A stretch of 64,000 bases of DNA from an uncultured bacterium (GTDB lineage: Bacteria; Fidelibacterota; UBA2242): positions 6,269 through 70,268 of the forward strand of contig CAYTUQ010000004.1 in assembly GCA_964441235.1 (NCBI GenBank), in the 5' to 3' direction. Made by a program: the position numbers and the translations under genes. This document shows, one piece after another, positions 1 to 9,648 of the stretch (the first letter of the stretch is position 1; each line of letters begins with the position of its first letter). The notes beneath the pieces are model-generated. The model did no database searches, was not told the DNA's origin, and was given only the letters and a program-made list of their open reading frames with translations.

Positions 1-1500
1 AGCCTCATGTTCTGTACAGAGATTGTAAATATTCCAGGAAAGAGCGGGAGTAGGTTGTGATAAAGTTTCCCACAGCTTTAATGGTTTTCCGACACTTACA
101 GCTGCAGTAAAAATAATAGGTGCAGTTTCACCGGCAGCGCGTCCCATACTGATAATTATTCCGGTCAGGATACCTGGAAGTGCAGCGGGGAGTATTGCTG
201 TTAAAACTGCTCTCCAGCGACTTGCTCCGAGGCTGAGGGCTGCTTCCTTATAAGTATGTGGAACAGCTCTGATTGCTTCTTCTGATGCTCTTATAATTGT
301 TGGCAATACGAGAATGGCAAGGGTCATTGACCCGGCAAGAACGCTTTTTGAGGTTGAAACATGAATTGTGTTGATGAAGAAAGCCAATCCAAAAAGACCA
401 AATACAATACTTGGCACTCCAGCTAAAGTACCAATACAGGTACGTATAAGTCGGATTACCCAATTCTCTTTTGCAAATTCTGTGAGATATATTGCTGCTA
501 TGATCCCTGGTGGAATTGAAAAGAGCAATGCTCCAAAAGTTAGGTAGAAAGTCCCAAGAATTGCAGGCCATATACCGCCGAATATATTTGAATCCAGAGG
601 AACGTCAATAAGAAACCGCCAATAGAATACAGTTTTAGGTAATAATATAGACTCAAGGTCATCTTCTAAGTAGCTGAAAATATGCTCTACGGGAGTTCCT
701 TTGAAAATTTCAGCCCTTGGGTATTGAACCATTCGTCCAATTCCTGATGAATCGGAATAATCATATTTTTCAATAAAAAGAACATCATCGAGTTTTACAA
801 GAGATCGGTCCCATCGGGTCTGACCATAATGATTTCTTGGGAGAATGGGTTTTGGATCCTTTGGAAAAGGTCCTAATAATATTCTTAAACGGTCTTTTAA
901 GTCTATTAAATATTCAAGGTAAACCTCTCTATTTGAAAGATCAACCTGGTTTACTATCTCACTGTATCTTGTTACCAGGCGGAACACCTTTTGCATTGGA
1001 GTAGAATCAAAACTCTTTCTATATGGATCAGAAAGAATTTTATTAAAAATGTCTTCTATTTCCCCTTTATCAGTAGATTCTACTGCTTTAATAAATAATA
1101 AATGTAATGAACGAGATTTTCGGCGCAGCTCGGTTTGGTGTGGAACCGTAAGTTTAAGTGAAGCAAGATATTCTTTATATTCCTTATATATTTTTTTTGT
1201 TTCTTTGATGTAAGGTTCAACAATTATACCTTTCTCAAAATCAGATATAGTATCGTAAATAAACTTTCGAGCTTTTTGTGAATAAGCTATCTCCTTGGAG
1301 ATTTTTTCCTTATTACCCCGTCCAAACTGATCGAATATCATCCTTCTATATTCAATAGTACCTTTGAATACAAATGCACCGATTCCTTTAAAAAAAATCG
1401 GTCCAAGTATAATTATAAGTGCAGATATTAAAAAAAAGGCTGAAAATAAATTTAGACCAGTAAAGGATTTGTCAAGAAGTTTTCGAGTTTGTAATTGCAT
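1..1500 (-). CDS. pstA: Phosphate ABC transporter permease PstA. Partial: the C-terminus runs off the window start. It has a long periplasmic-loop insert.
   Basis: Manual translation of the minus strand from the ATG at 1498-1500 gives an uninterrupted ORF to position 1. It is multi-TM and has the C-terminal GETAPIIFTA permease motif. It is not in the ORF track because no stop lies in the window. It sits directly downstream of pstC. Confidence 0.7.
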   Translation of the reverse strand, partial: MQLQTRKLLDKSFTGLNLFSAFFLISALIIILGPIFFKGIGAFVFKGTIEYRRMIFDQFGRGNKEKISKEIAYSQKARKFIYDTISDFEKGIIVEPYIKETKKIYKEYKEYLASLKLTVPHQTELRRKSRSLHLLFIKAVESTDKGEIEDIFNKILSDPYRKSFDSTPMQKVFRLVTRYSEIVNQVDLSNREVYLEYLIDLKDRLRILLGPFPKDPKPILPRNHYGQTRWDRSLVKLDDVLFIEKYDYSDSSGIGRMVQYPRAEIFKGTPVEHIFSYLEDDLESILLPKTVFYWRFLIDVPLDSNIFGGIWPAILGTFYLTFGALLFSIPPGIIAAIYLTEFAKENWVIRLIRTCIGTLAGVPSIVFGLFGLAFFINTIHVSTSKSVLAGSMTLAILVLPTIIRASEEAIRAVPHTYKEAALSLGASRWRAVLTAILPAALPGILTGIIISMGRAAGETAPIIFTAAVSVGKPLKLWETLSQPTPALSWNIYNLCTEHEA

Positions 1501-1505
1501 TTTGT

Positions 1506-2657
1506 TTAACGAGTAATTTTTTTACTCCTTTTGATGAATTTTTCTCCAATAAGATTGCAAATGAAGGTGAATAATAATAAGCAAAGAGCAAGGGCAAAAA
1601 GTACATGATAACGGCTGGAACCAATTACCTGATCCGCTTCGCCCATATCTCCGGCAATAGTAGCAGTTAATGTCCTAATTGGTTCTAAAAAGTTAAACCA
1701 GGGATAAGGTATTTTAGCTGCGTTTCCGGATGCCATCCATACTACCATTGTTTCACCAATTGCTCTCATAATACCAAGAATAACAGCTGCGACAATACCG
1801 CCTTTTGCAGCCGGGATAACAACTTTGATTAGGGTTTCTGCACGTGTAGCGCCTAATGCATAACTTCCTTCACGTAAACTCATATTGACTGCGGTAAGAG
1901 AGTCGTCTGAAACACTCACTACTGTTGGTAATGCCATAATTCCCAGAATAATTGATACATTCAGTGCATTTGTACCACTTGATATCTGAATACCTGATAT
2001 ATAAGATGATAGAAACCATAGCCCTGCAAAAAGTGGTATTCCAATTATCAAGGCTGCAATAATTCGGATATACAAAGAGTTAACAGGGGAAATTTTAGAA
2101 GATAATAGACCACTTCCTATTATTGCCGTTAAGAGTATCAAAGGCGTGCATACAATCCAGCTGCTCATTGCAAGTATATTGCTCCCACTATCTTGTAACA
2201 ATGGTGCAAATATAACAAGCGCAAAAAATCCATAAGCCACAGAGGGAATAGCTGCAAGTATTTCGATGACTGGTTTCATTATTTGTCTTAAAGAAAAAGA
2301 AAGAACATCGCTCAGGCATACTGCAGCTATAACCCCAATAGGAACAGAAACAATGATTGCTCCCGTGGTAACTATAGCACTACCAAAAAATAGTGAAAGC
2401 GCTCCAAATGATTGTGTATCACTTGAAGGATACCAAAGTGTACTTGTGAAAAAATCTTTAAATCCTTCTAATTTGAAAAAGGGTAGTGCATCCCGAAAAA
2501 TAAATATAAAAATAAAAAGTACAGATACTACAGAAACCCCTGTTATTAAGAAAAGTAGGGAATGCCCAAAGGAACTTAATATCCTTTTTGTCATTGTACT
2601 ACCTGTATTGAGCAACTGTTTACCTAAATTTCCAGGATAAATTCTACTCTCTTTCAC
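1506..2657 (-). CDS. pstC: Phosphate ABC transporter permease PstC.
   Basis: 383-aa polytopic membrane protein with an ABC permease signature (GETMVVWMASGNAA). Gene order is pstS-pstC-pstA. Confidence 0.75.
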   Translation of the reverse strand: MKESRIYPGNLGKQLLNTGSTMTKRILSSFGHSLLFLITGVSVVSVLFIFIFIFRDALPFFKLEGFKDFFTSTLWYPSSDTQSFGALSLFFGSAIVTTGAIIVSVPIGVIAAVCLSDVLSFSLRQIMKPVIEILAAIPSVAYGFFALVIFAPLLQDSGSNILAMSSWIVCTPLILLTAIIGSGLLSSKISPVNSLYIRIIAALIIGIPLFAGLWFLSSYISGIQISSGTNALNVSIILGIMALPTVVSVSDDSLTAVNMSLREGSYALGATRAETLIKVVIPAAKGGIVAAVILGIMRAIGETMVVWMASGNAAKIPYPWFNFLEPIRTLTATIAGDMGEADQVIGSSRYHVLFALALCLLLFTFICNLIGEKFIKRSKKITR

Positions 2658-2681
2658 TAAGAAATCACAGATTAGACTTAA

Positions 2682-3527
2682 TTAATATTTCGTTATGGGT
2701 ATAAAACCAATGGATTCAATTATTTCCTGTCCTTTTTCACTTAAATAAAGCGTAACAAAAGCATGAAGATGGGTACCAAGTTTAGGATATCCGTTTGTAA
2801 ACATAAATAATGGACGGGCAATGGGGTATTTACCTGAGGAAACAAAGTTGTTATCAGGGTATATATTATTAATCTTAACAGCTTTTACACTTTTATCAAT
2901 AAATCCCAATCCAACATAACCTATTGCAGCTTTTGTTGATTGTACACGGGTGCGAACAGCACCGTTACTTCCCACATATTCGGCATTTTGAGTAATTCTT
3001 TGCTTTTTCATAACGAGTTTTTCAAATGTTTCGTATGTCCCACTATTGGTATCACGGCTGATAATGACAATACGATTATTTGGTCCACCAACTTCCCTCC
3101 AATTTTTTATTTTACCAAGATAGATATCTCGAACTTGATCAATTGTGAGGTTTTTAACTCGATTACTTGGATGAACGATTATGGCAATACCATCAACTGC
3201 AACGACATGCGCTACCGGGAAAATTCCTTTATCGACTGCTGCCTTAAATTCTTTTTCCTTCATAAACCGAGACATATCCGCTACGTCGCAGGTACCGTTG
3301 ATCAAACTCTTTGCACCATTTCCACTGCCTGATTCACTTACAGTTATATTTACTCCTGGATTCATTCGCATGTAGTATTCAGCAAATGATTTTGCGATAG
3401 GACCAACAGTTGTCGATCCATCTACTACTATCTTTGACCCAGGATTGCCGGCAGAAGCCGGATTTACCAGAAAAATACTCAAACAACACAAAACAGTAAA
3501 AACTGCTAAAATCGTAATTTTCTTCAT
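2682..3527 (-). CDS. pstS: Phosphate ABC transporter substrate-binding protein PstS.
   Basis: Signal peptide, then SGSGNGAKSLINGTCDVADMSR, which is PstS-family like. Lies upstream of the pst permeases. Confidence 0.8.
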   Translation of the reverse strand: MKKITILAVFTVLCCLSIFLVNPASAGNPGSKIVVDGSTTVGPIAKSFAEYYMRMNPGVNITVSESGSGNGAKSLINGTCDVADMSRFMKEKEFKAAVDKGIFPVAHVVAVDGIAIIVHPSNRVKNLTIDQVRDIYLGKIKNWREVGGPNNRIVIISRDTNSGTYETFEKLVMKKQRITQNAEYVGSNGAVRTRVQSTKAAIGYVGLGFIDKSVKAVKINNIYPDNNFVSSGKYPIARPLFMFTNGYPKLGTHLHAFVTLYLSEKGQEIIESIGFIPITKY

Positions 3528-3553
3528 TTTTTGTTTCTCCTCTTTTTTATTAG

Positions 3554-4582
3554 TTAAAATTTGAACTCAAAGTTCATTTTTATAAGCATCTCAGAATCGC
3601 TACCGTCTTGATATGATTTATAACGAATATTGGGAGCCACATGAAATCCTTTACCAGCTGAATAATCTATCCTGACAATGACATATGTATTGCCGTAATT
3701 TTCTGTCTCAGTGTTTGGATCATAGATATCTACTCTACTAAAAACAGTAAGATTATCTAATGAACTATATGCACAATAGGCAGCCATTACCTGTTGACAG
3801 TTATCAATTTCACTGCTTTTTATAACGTCGAATTCTCCGCTGATCCTTAGTCCAGATTTAGCAAAACCTCCAAAAGCAGCTATAGTCTGTGTATTTTCAC
3901 CATCATACGGCTCTATAGCAACTGTTGTTCCTGCGTTAAAACCATCTTTTTTTGTCAGCTTATGTTGACCATAAAGAAGTTGTACACCGATCTTTTTTTC
4001 ACTGTTATCTTCTGGATGTTTATAACCGGTGCCGTGAACATAGGTCACATGAAGGTGGAGATTATCAATTAATTCCCTTTTAAAACCTATACCCATATCG
4101 GCAGACGTTGCCATTTTCAAACGGTCCATAGGAGCCTCTTCTACAAATCTAAGACCCCAGTTCGCTTCTTCGATGTTGAAGTAGTTCATTCCCTGCTGAC
4201 CAAGTGTTAAGGTTCCGATTGGGTCGATTCTCCAGTCCAGGTATGCATATTTTACATATATGTGCAGGTGTTCTTTGGAGTTGTGTTTGCTACCAATTAT
4301 CTCTGTTACATAGCTATTGTCATTTTTGATTACGTCGTATGTGTAATAGGTCTCTGAAATTCGTCCGACATCCGTTGTAAACCGGAATTCGATACCAGTA
4401 TCCATTTGCTTCTTATAAGTAAAGTACAATCGTGAGATATCGAATTGATTAGAGATCTCATCGTCTTTGTCGGTATCGTAGGTAAAATCAAAATAGCTTT
4501 TCCCGGAGATTGAACCATCTCCTGCAGAAACTGATGCTACCACAACGAAACTCAAAAAAATGAAAGAAATAAATTTTCTCAC
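3554..4582 (-). CDS. Outer-membrane beta-barrel porin, possibly phosphate-selective. First gene of the pst operon.
   Basis: Signal peptide, alternating amphipathic beta-strand pattern, C-terminal aromatic residue (EFKF). Only 26 bp upstream of pstS. Confidence 0.45.
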   Translation of the reverse strand: MRKFISFIFLSFVVVASVSAGDGSISGKSYFDFTYDTDKDDEISNQFDISRLYFTYKKQMDTGIEFRFTTDVGRISETYYTYDVIKNDNSYVTEIIGSKHNSKEHLHIYVKYAYLDWRIDPIGTLTLGQQGMNYFNIEEANWGLRFVEEAPMDRLKMATSADMGIGFKRELIDNLHLHVTYVHGTGYKHPEDNSEKKIGVQLLYGQHKLTKKDGFNAGTTVAIEPYDGENTQTIAAFGGFAKSGLRISGEFDVIKSSEIDNCQQVMAAYCAYSSLDNLTVFSRVDIYDPNTETENYGNTYVIVRIDYSAGKGFHVAPNIRYKSYQDGSDSEMLIKMNFEFKF

Positions 4583-4672
4583 TTTGTACCTCCTTGATTT
4601 GGTTTAAATTCTTAACTCATCTTCATCAAACACAGGAGATGTTAGTTAGCAATTGTTATGAGATGATTAAGT

Positions 4673-4692
4673 AAATGTTAAAAAAATGTTAA
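4673..4692 (-). promoter_or_regulatory. Candidate Pho box (AATGTTA-N4-AATGTTA direct repeat) in the porin-pstSCA promoter.
   Basis: The direct repeat aaatgttaa occurs at 4673 and at 4684 with an 11-bp period. The same repeat is present in the phoBR promoter at 7359-7376. Confidence 0.4.
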
Positions 4693-4827
4693 CCCAACTT
4701 TACTGCAAAACAGGAAAGACGGTAAAGATCAATGTTACGAACTTCGTATCTTATTGTTTTTAGTGAAGCGGGTTTTTGAAAACGTAATTATTAAATAGTT
4801 TGTAAGAAAAAAGCCTTACTGAAGATT

Positions 4828-6615
4828 TTATTGGAAAGAAGAAACAGGGAGTGCTATAATAAATTTTGAACCTTTACCGACTTCGCTTTCTACATCTACT
4901 CTTCCATTATGTGCAAGAACAATGTGCTTTACAATAGCGAGTCCTAATCCAGTTCCGCCGAGTTTTCGGCTGCGTGCTTTATCAACACGATAAAAACGCT
5001 CAAAAAGGTGGGGTAGGTGTTTTTCTTTAATTCCACAGCCATGATCAGTGACGCTAATGATTACTTCTTCTTCAGACTGAGATGCGTCGACTTGAATCGA
5101 GCTTCCTGGTTCACTATATTTAATAGCATTATCGATTATATTTACAACAGCCTGCTCGAAGAGAGGAGCATTGATATTTGCAACTATGCCTTGCTTGCAT
5201 GTCAAGTCAATTTTTAAATCATTTTCTGAAGCTTTGGAAGTACAGTCTTGGATTGCAACTTCAAGTATATCCTTTATCTTGCCTTTTTCAAATACAATTT
5301 CTGATTTTTCGTCTTCTTGCTCAATTCTGGAAAGACTGAGAAGATCCTCGATAATTGCATTTAAACGGTCAACCTGTTTCGAAATAATATCAAGAAAACG
5401 TTTTGCGTTCTTCTTCTCATTGATTGTTACATCTTGAAGAGTTTCAACGAAACCTTTAATTGAAGTAATCGGTGTTCTCAACTCATGTGACACATTGGCT
5501 ACAAAATTGCGTCTTATATTCTCAAGACGTTTGATTTTAGTGACATTGTTTAAAACGATAAGTGCCCCAATTTCAATACCTTCAAAACCCTTAAGCAAAG
5601 TTCCATGTGCCTGCAGAAATTGATCTCCTTTTGCATTAGGTATAACGATTTCCTCTTCTACTACCTCGCGGTTTTCTAATACTCTTTTAACAAATTTTTG
5701 AAGATCAACAATTCTCATGACTTCCTGAAGGCTACGTCCTTGAATATTGGTTGGATTGATTCCGAATAGTTCTCCGGCTGCCCGGTTTATTTTTATTATC
5801 TTCTCATTTAAATCAACCGCAATTACACTTTCGATCATACTCGATAAAAGAGCATCCTGTTCATTTCTTTGCTTTACAAGAGTCTGAATTTTTTCTCTAA
5901 GTTGAGCAGCCATCTGATTCATTGAAGCTGCAAGACTCCCCAACTCTGAGGAATTAGGAATAGGCAGATTGTAGTCCAAATCTCCGCGGGCAAAGTGTTC
6001 AGTTCCGCACTTCATTTCTTCTATCGGACGGCTTATCTGTCGAGAAATAATAAAACTAACCAGTGCAAATATAAAGGATATAATTACTCCTCCGAGAAAA
6101 ATGTTTAGATATACACCCCTTAGAACCTGTTTTATTTTTGTTATTGATATAGCAGTGCGTATCATACCTTTTAATTTACCATCCTGCTCAACAGGTATAG
6201 CAAGATACATCATATTTTTTTTAAGTGTATTACTGAAACGAATTGATGTACCAACATTACTGTTTGCTATTGCATTTTTAATTTCCGGACGGTTGTAATG
6301 ATTATCCATAATAGATGGATCTTCATGAGAATCGCCAATTACTTTTCCTGATGGTAAAATTATTGTAACCCGTGTTGAGGAACTCCTACCAATTTCTTTG
6401 CATAAAGAATCCAGGTATAATGCGTGTATCGGTGATATGTTTTTTGAGACCTGGTTTTTTATGATTTGTGCTCTTGCTTCAAGGTCTGTAGCGACTTGTT
6501 TGTAGTAAAATTTCTGAAGAGAAAGAGATGAGTACCAGGCAATGGCAGTTAGAGAAACTAATGTTATCAATAGATAAGTTGGATAAATTTGCCATATAAG
6601 ACGTTTTTTTCTCAT
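4828..6615 (-). CDS. phoR: Phosphate regulon sensor histidine kinase (PhoR-like).
   Basis: Two N-terminal TM segments, a HAMP/PAS region, HisKA H-box NVSHELRTP and HATPase G-boxes (GGTGLGLAIVK). Adjacent to phoB and pst. Confidence 0.8.
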   Translation of the reverse strand: MRKKRLIWQIYPTYLLITLVSLTAIAWYSSLSLQKFYYKQVATDLEARAQIIKNQVSKNISPIHALYLDSLCKEIGRSSSTRVTIILPSGKVIGDSHEDPSIMDNHYNRPEIKNAIANSNVGTSIRFSNTLKKNMMYLAIPVEQDGKLKGMIRTAISITKIKQVLRGVYLNIFLGGVIISFIFALVSFIISRQISRPIEEMKCGTEHFARGDLDYNLPIPNSSELGSLAASMNQMAAQLREKIQTLVKQRNEQDALLSSMIESVIAVDLNEKIIKINRAAGELFGINPTNIQGRSLQEVMRIVDLQKFVKRVLENREVVEEEIVIPNAKGDQFLQAHGTLLKGFEGIEIGALIVLNNVTKIKRLENIRRNFVANVSHELRTPITSIKGFVETLQDVTINEKKNAKRFLDIISKQVDRLNAIIEDLLSLSRIEQEDEKSEIVFEKGKIKDILEVAIQDCTSKASENDLKIDLTCKQGIVANINAPLFEQAVVNIIDNAIKYSEPGSSIQVDASQSEEEVIISVTDHGCGIKEKHLPHLFERFYRVDKARSRKLGGTGLGLAIVKHIVLAHNGRVDVESEVGKGSKFIIALPVSSFQ

Positions 6616-6618
6616 TTA

Positions 6619-7305
6619 TTATTCCTTGAATCTATATCCTACACCGTGAACAGTCTCAATATATTTGCCGCCCGGTCCCAGTTTTTTTCTTAATGCCACA
6701 ATGTGAACATCGACTGATCGCTCGGTAACGGGATAATCTTCTCCTTGTACATTATCAACGATTTGATAACGAGTGAACACCCACCCCGGTCGCTGAGCTA
6801 AAAATTGAAGAATGCGAAATTCTGTTCGAGTTAAATCGATACGTCTATCTTTTACCGAAACTTCATGGCGTCCTGGATTAATTAGTAAATCGTGTATTTT
6901 TATAACCCTGGATTTGTCCTGAAACTCGTTCCTTTTTATGCGGAGAACTGCCTTAACGCGTGCAAGAAGAATACGTGGACTAAAAGGCTTGGTTATATAG
7001 TCATCAGCACCCATTTCCAGTCCAGTGATAATATCAGATTCTTCACCCTTAGCGGTTAGCATTATAATAGGAATTACTTCAGTTTTTGGGTCATTTTTAA
7101 GAATTCTGCAAACGTCAATTCCATCAACTCCAGGGAGCATAAGGTCAAGTATTAATAGGTCTGGTAAATTTGATCTGGTATTAGAAAGTGCTTCCTCTCC
7201 TGAAGTTACACATGTAACAGAATATCCTTCTTTATAAAGGTTATAGCGGACAAGCTCTAAAATGTCCTCTTCATCATCTACAATGAGTATATTTCTTTTT
7301 GGCAT
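6619..7305 (-). CDS. phoB: OmpR-family response regulator (PhoB-like).
   Basis: Receiver domain (DDEEDILEL...D) plus a winged-helix trans_reg_C domain. Lies upstream of phoR. Confidence 0.8.
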   Translation of the reverse strand: MPKRNILIVDDEEDILELVRYNLYKEGYSVTCVTSGEEALSNTRSNLPDLLILDLMLPGVDGIDVCRILKNDPKTEVIPIIMLTAKGEESDIITGLEMGADDYITKPFSPRILLARVKAVLRIKRNEFQDKSRVIKIHDLLINPGRHEVSVKDRRIDLTRTEFRILQFLAQRPGWVFTRYQIVDNVQGEDYPVTERSVDVHIVALRKKLGPGGKYIETVHGVGYRFKE

Positions 7306-7358
7306 TAAGTTTCTTTCTAAGATAAATTTTCAATCATCAGAGACATTATTAATAATCT

Positions 7359-7376
7359 AATGTTAAGAAAATGTTA
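7359..7376 (-). promoter_or_regulatory. Candidate Pho box in the phoBR promoter (AATGTTA-N4-AATGTTA).
   Basis: aatgtta occurs at 7359-7365 and at 7370-7376, an 11-bp period. This is the same motif found upstream of the porin-pst operon. Confidence 0.4.
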
Positions 7377-7523
7377 GTATTACATAAAAATTTCATTAAA
7401 AGCATACTGCTTTTGAAATTTAGGAAACAGAATGCTTATATCAAAAGTAATGGTAAAACATACAAGAATTGAGAATCAGAAAACTGTGATTTCATCGGTA
7501 TAAGAGAATTTCTTCCGGGACTG

Positions 7524-7985
7524 TTAATTTTTCCGTAGTGGCTGGTGATTTTCCAACTCGCTGAGAAGGATAATATCTATATCATTAATTTTTTTTAGTT
7601 GTTCATCATTGGTTATAAACACTTTTACCTTTTCTGAAATGGCTGTTGCAATCTGTATAGCATCTGGTGTTTTAATTTTATATTTTGCTCTTAAGGTTGA
7701 GGCAATATCGGAAACTTGTAGATCAACCAGAGAAAATTTAAGGTTGGGAAAGGTAAGCAAAAGGTCTCTATAATCGGAAGTTATCTGAAAATTTTCCTCC
7801 ATTTTGGGTTTAACAAGTATTTCAATTAGAGTTATAATAGATGTTACGGCATGATATTTTCCGTTTTCTATATCATCGAATAATTTTTCTGTAATATTAG
7901 AGAACTTAACATTATCCTCAAGATGATAAATGAAAACCATTGTGTCAATTCCGATAATATCTCCTCTGGATATTCTTTTTACCAT
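7524..7985 (-). CDS. PIN-domain toxin (VapC-like).
   Basis: N-terminal IGIDTMVFIY...D PIN acidic-residue pattern. Overlaps the upstream antitoxin gene by 7 bp. Confidence 0.6.
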   Translation of the reverse strand: MVKRISRGDIIGIDTMVFIYHLEDNVKFSNITEKLFDDIENGKYHAVTSIITLIEILVKPKMEENFQITSDYRDLLLTFPNLKFSLVDLQVSDIASTLRAKYKIKTPDAIQIATAISEKVKVFITNDEQLKKINDIDIILLSELENHQPLRKN

Positions 7986-8212
7986 GATTCTCTTTCACGT
8001 TTAACATATTCTTTAGCATTTACATTTTTCCATAAATCTTTGTGAAGACCTTTTAACTTTTTTGAATAGCTATCAGGCTTTAACCTGAGCACAATCTTAT
8101 CGTCAATTACCTCAATAATTAATTCGTCACCTTCGCTTATACCGACAGCATTTCGAATATTTTTGGGTATGACTATCTGACTCTTTTTTCCTACTTTTGT
8201 AGATATTAGCAT
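7979..8212 (-). CDS. AbrB/MazE (SpoVT_AbrB)-type antitoxin.
   Basis: 77 aa with a swapped-hairpin motif (IVIPKNIRNAVGISEGDELIIEV). Gene overlaps the PIN toxin. Confidence 0.6.
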   Translation of the reverse strand: MLISTKVGKKSQIVIPKNIRNAVGISEGDELIIEVIDDKIVLRLKPDSYSKKLKGLHKDLWKNVNAKEYVKRERESW

Positions 8213-8373
8213 CTTTTATCTCCTTTTAATTATTTCTGTATGAATATAATAAATATATCAGATTAATGCAAATAATATCCTACAAATATTGAATTAGTAT
8301 CCAGTTGTTTTTTTATATAAAATATTTTTTAGTAGTATGAAAATATTGTTGTATTATTTCCAAATGCATACAC

Positions 8374-8400
8374 TTGCAAATCCTTAACGGAAATTATAAA
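8374..8400 (+). promoter_or_regulatory. Putative sigma70-type promoter of the rib operon (TTGCAA-N15-TATAAA).
   Basis: -35-like ttgcaa at 8374-8379 and -10-like tataaa at 8395-8400. The predicted TSS coincides with the start of the riboswitch. Confidence 0.3.
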
Positions 8401-8402
8401 TT

Positions 8403-8528
8403 ACTACTGCGTCTTCGGGACAGGGTGAAAGTCTCAACCGGCGGTAAAAGTCCGCGAGTTCCGATTAACATCGGGACTGAGTCTGTGAAATTCAGGCACC
8501 GACGGTAAGAGTCCGGATGGGAGAAGAT
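8403..8528 (+). promoter_or_regulatory. FMN riboswitch (RFN element).
   Basis: Conserved cores cttcgggaCAGGGTGAAAgtctcaACCGGCGGTaaaAGTCCGCGAg ... CCGACGGTaagAGTCCGGATGGGAGAAG. It sits immediately 5' of ribD. Confidence 0.85.
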
Positions 8529-8535
8529 CAAAACA

Positions 8536-9648
8536 ATGTCCCGAGAATATTGGGATTTTTTTATGACTCTACACGAGAAATGGATGAATAGAGCACTTGT
8601 CCTGGCAGAGAGGGGACGGGGATATACCAGTCCAAATCCGGTAGTTGGGGCGGTGCTTGTTAAAGATGGTACGGTCATTGGTGAGGGATATCATAAGAAA
8701 TTTGGCACGCCTCACGCCGAATTAATTGCAATCGGTAAAGCAGGAAATAATGCTAAAGGTGCTACGTTATATGTAAATCTGGAACCTTGTAGCTTTCATG
8801 GTAAAACCCCACCCTGTGTTGATGCAATTATAAGTTCTAGAATTAAAGAAGTTATAATCGGAGTGATAGATCCAAATCCACAGGTAAACGGTAATGGTAT
8901 AAAGATATTGGAGGACGCAGGGATTCTCGTCAAAGTTGGGATTCTCGAAAAAGAGGCTGAAACTATAAATCGTGGATTTATTAAATATATCAAGAAAAAT
9001 AGACCATGGATTACTTTAAAATTGGCAATTACAGCAGATGGATTTATTGCTGACGTGACAGGAAAGAGCAAATGGATTACATCAGAACCTGCGCGTCAAT
9101 TTGTGAAAAAGCAAAGGTCTCTTTACGATGCAATAATGGTCGGAATGGGAACGGTTTTTAAAGATGATCCTTCTATGCTCCCGGAATCTAAAGATGGATT
9201 TATTCCTTATAGGGTTATTCTGGATGAAGTTTTAAAAATTCCTTATCGATTCAAACTGGTATCAGATGATTTTAGAAAAAGAACAGTTATTCTTACTTCA
9301 CAAAAAAGTAAAAAGGAAAAAGTGAGACAATTGGAAAATGCTGGTATTAATATTTTAAATGTTTCCAGTGATGATTTCGGTTGGATCAAACTTCCCGATT
9401 CTTTTAGGTCTTTGGCGGAATTTGGGGTCACATCAGTCTATTGTGAAGGAGGTGGGCAGGTTGCCGGCTCGCTAGTTACTCAAAAACTTGTTGATGAATT
9501 TCAGCTATTTATATCAACAAAAATATTGGGCGAGGGTATCTCCAGTTTTGGCGGCTTTATGAAATCACTGGATGAAGCGATTAATTTGAGATGGGAAGAA
9601 CCTATTAAATTAGGAAAGGATATTCTTTTAAAAGGAACAATTGTCTAA
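8536..9648 (+). CDS. ribD: Bifunctional riboflavin biosynthesis deaminase/reductase RibD.
   Basis: CMP/dCMP deaminase zinc motifs (HAE and PCsfhgktPPC) plus a C-terminal RibD reductase domain. Confidence 0.85.
   Translation: MSREYWDFFMTLHEKWMNRALVLAERGRGYTSPNPVVGAVLVKDGTVIGEGYHKKFGTPHAELIAIGKAGNNAKGATLYVNLEPCSFHGKTPPCVDAIISSRIKEVIIGVIDPNPQVNGNGIKILEDAGILVKVGILEKEAETINRGFIKYIKKNRPWITLKLAITADGFIADVTGKSKWITSEPARQFVKKQRSLYDAIMVGMGTVFKDDPSMLPESKDGFIPYRVILDEVLKIPYRFKLVSDDFRKRTVILTSQKSKKEKVRQLENAGINILNVSSDDFGWIKLPDSFRSLAEFGVTSVYCEGGGQVAGSLVTQKLVDEFQLFISTKILGEGISSFGGFMKSLDEAINLRWEEPIKLGKDILLKGTIV

Noticed and set aside
248-571. 107-aa minus-strand ORF listed in the ORF track.
   Set aside because: It lies in a different frame inside the long uninterrupted pstA reading frame. 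It has low-complexity composition and is spurious.
2266-3375. Plus-strand ORFs (124, 130 and 64 aa) antisense to pstC and pstS.
   Set aside because: They are fully embedded in strongly supported minus-strand genes, with no motifs and no RBS.
8394-8678. 94-aa minus-strand ORF.
   Set aside because: It overlaps the FMN riboswitch and the ribD start. The riboswitch explains the sequence.
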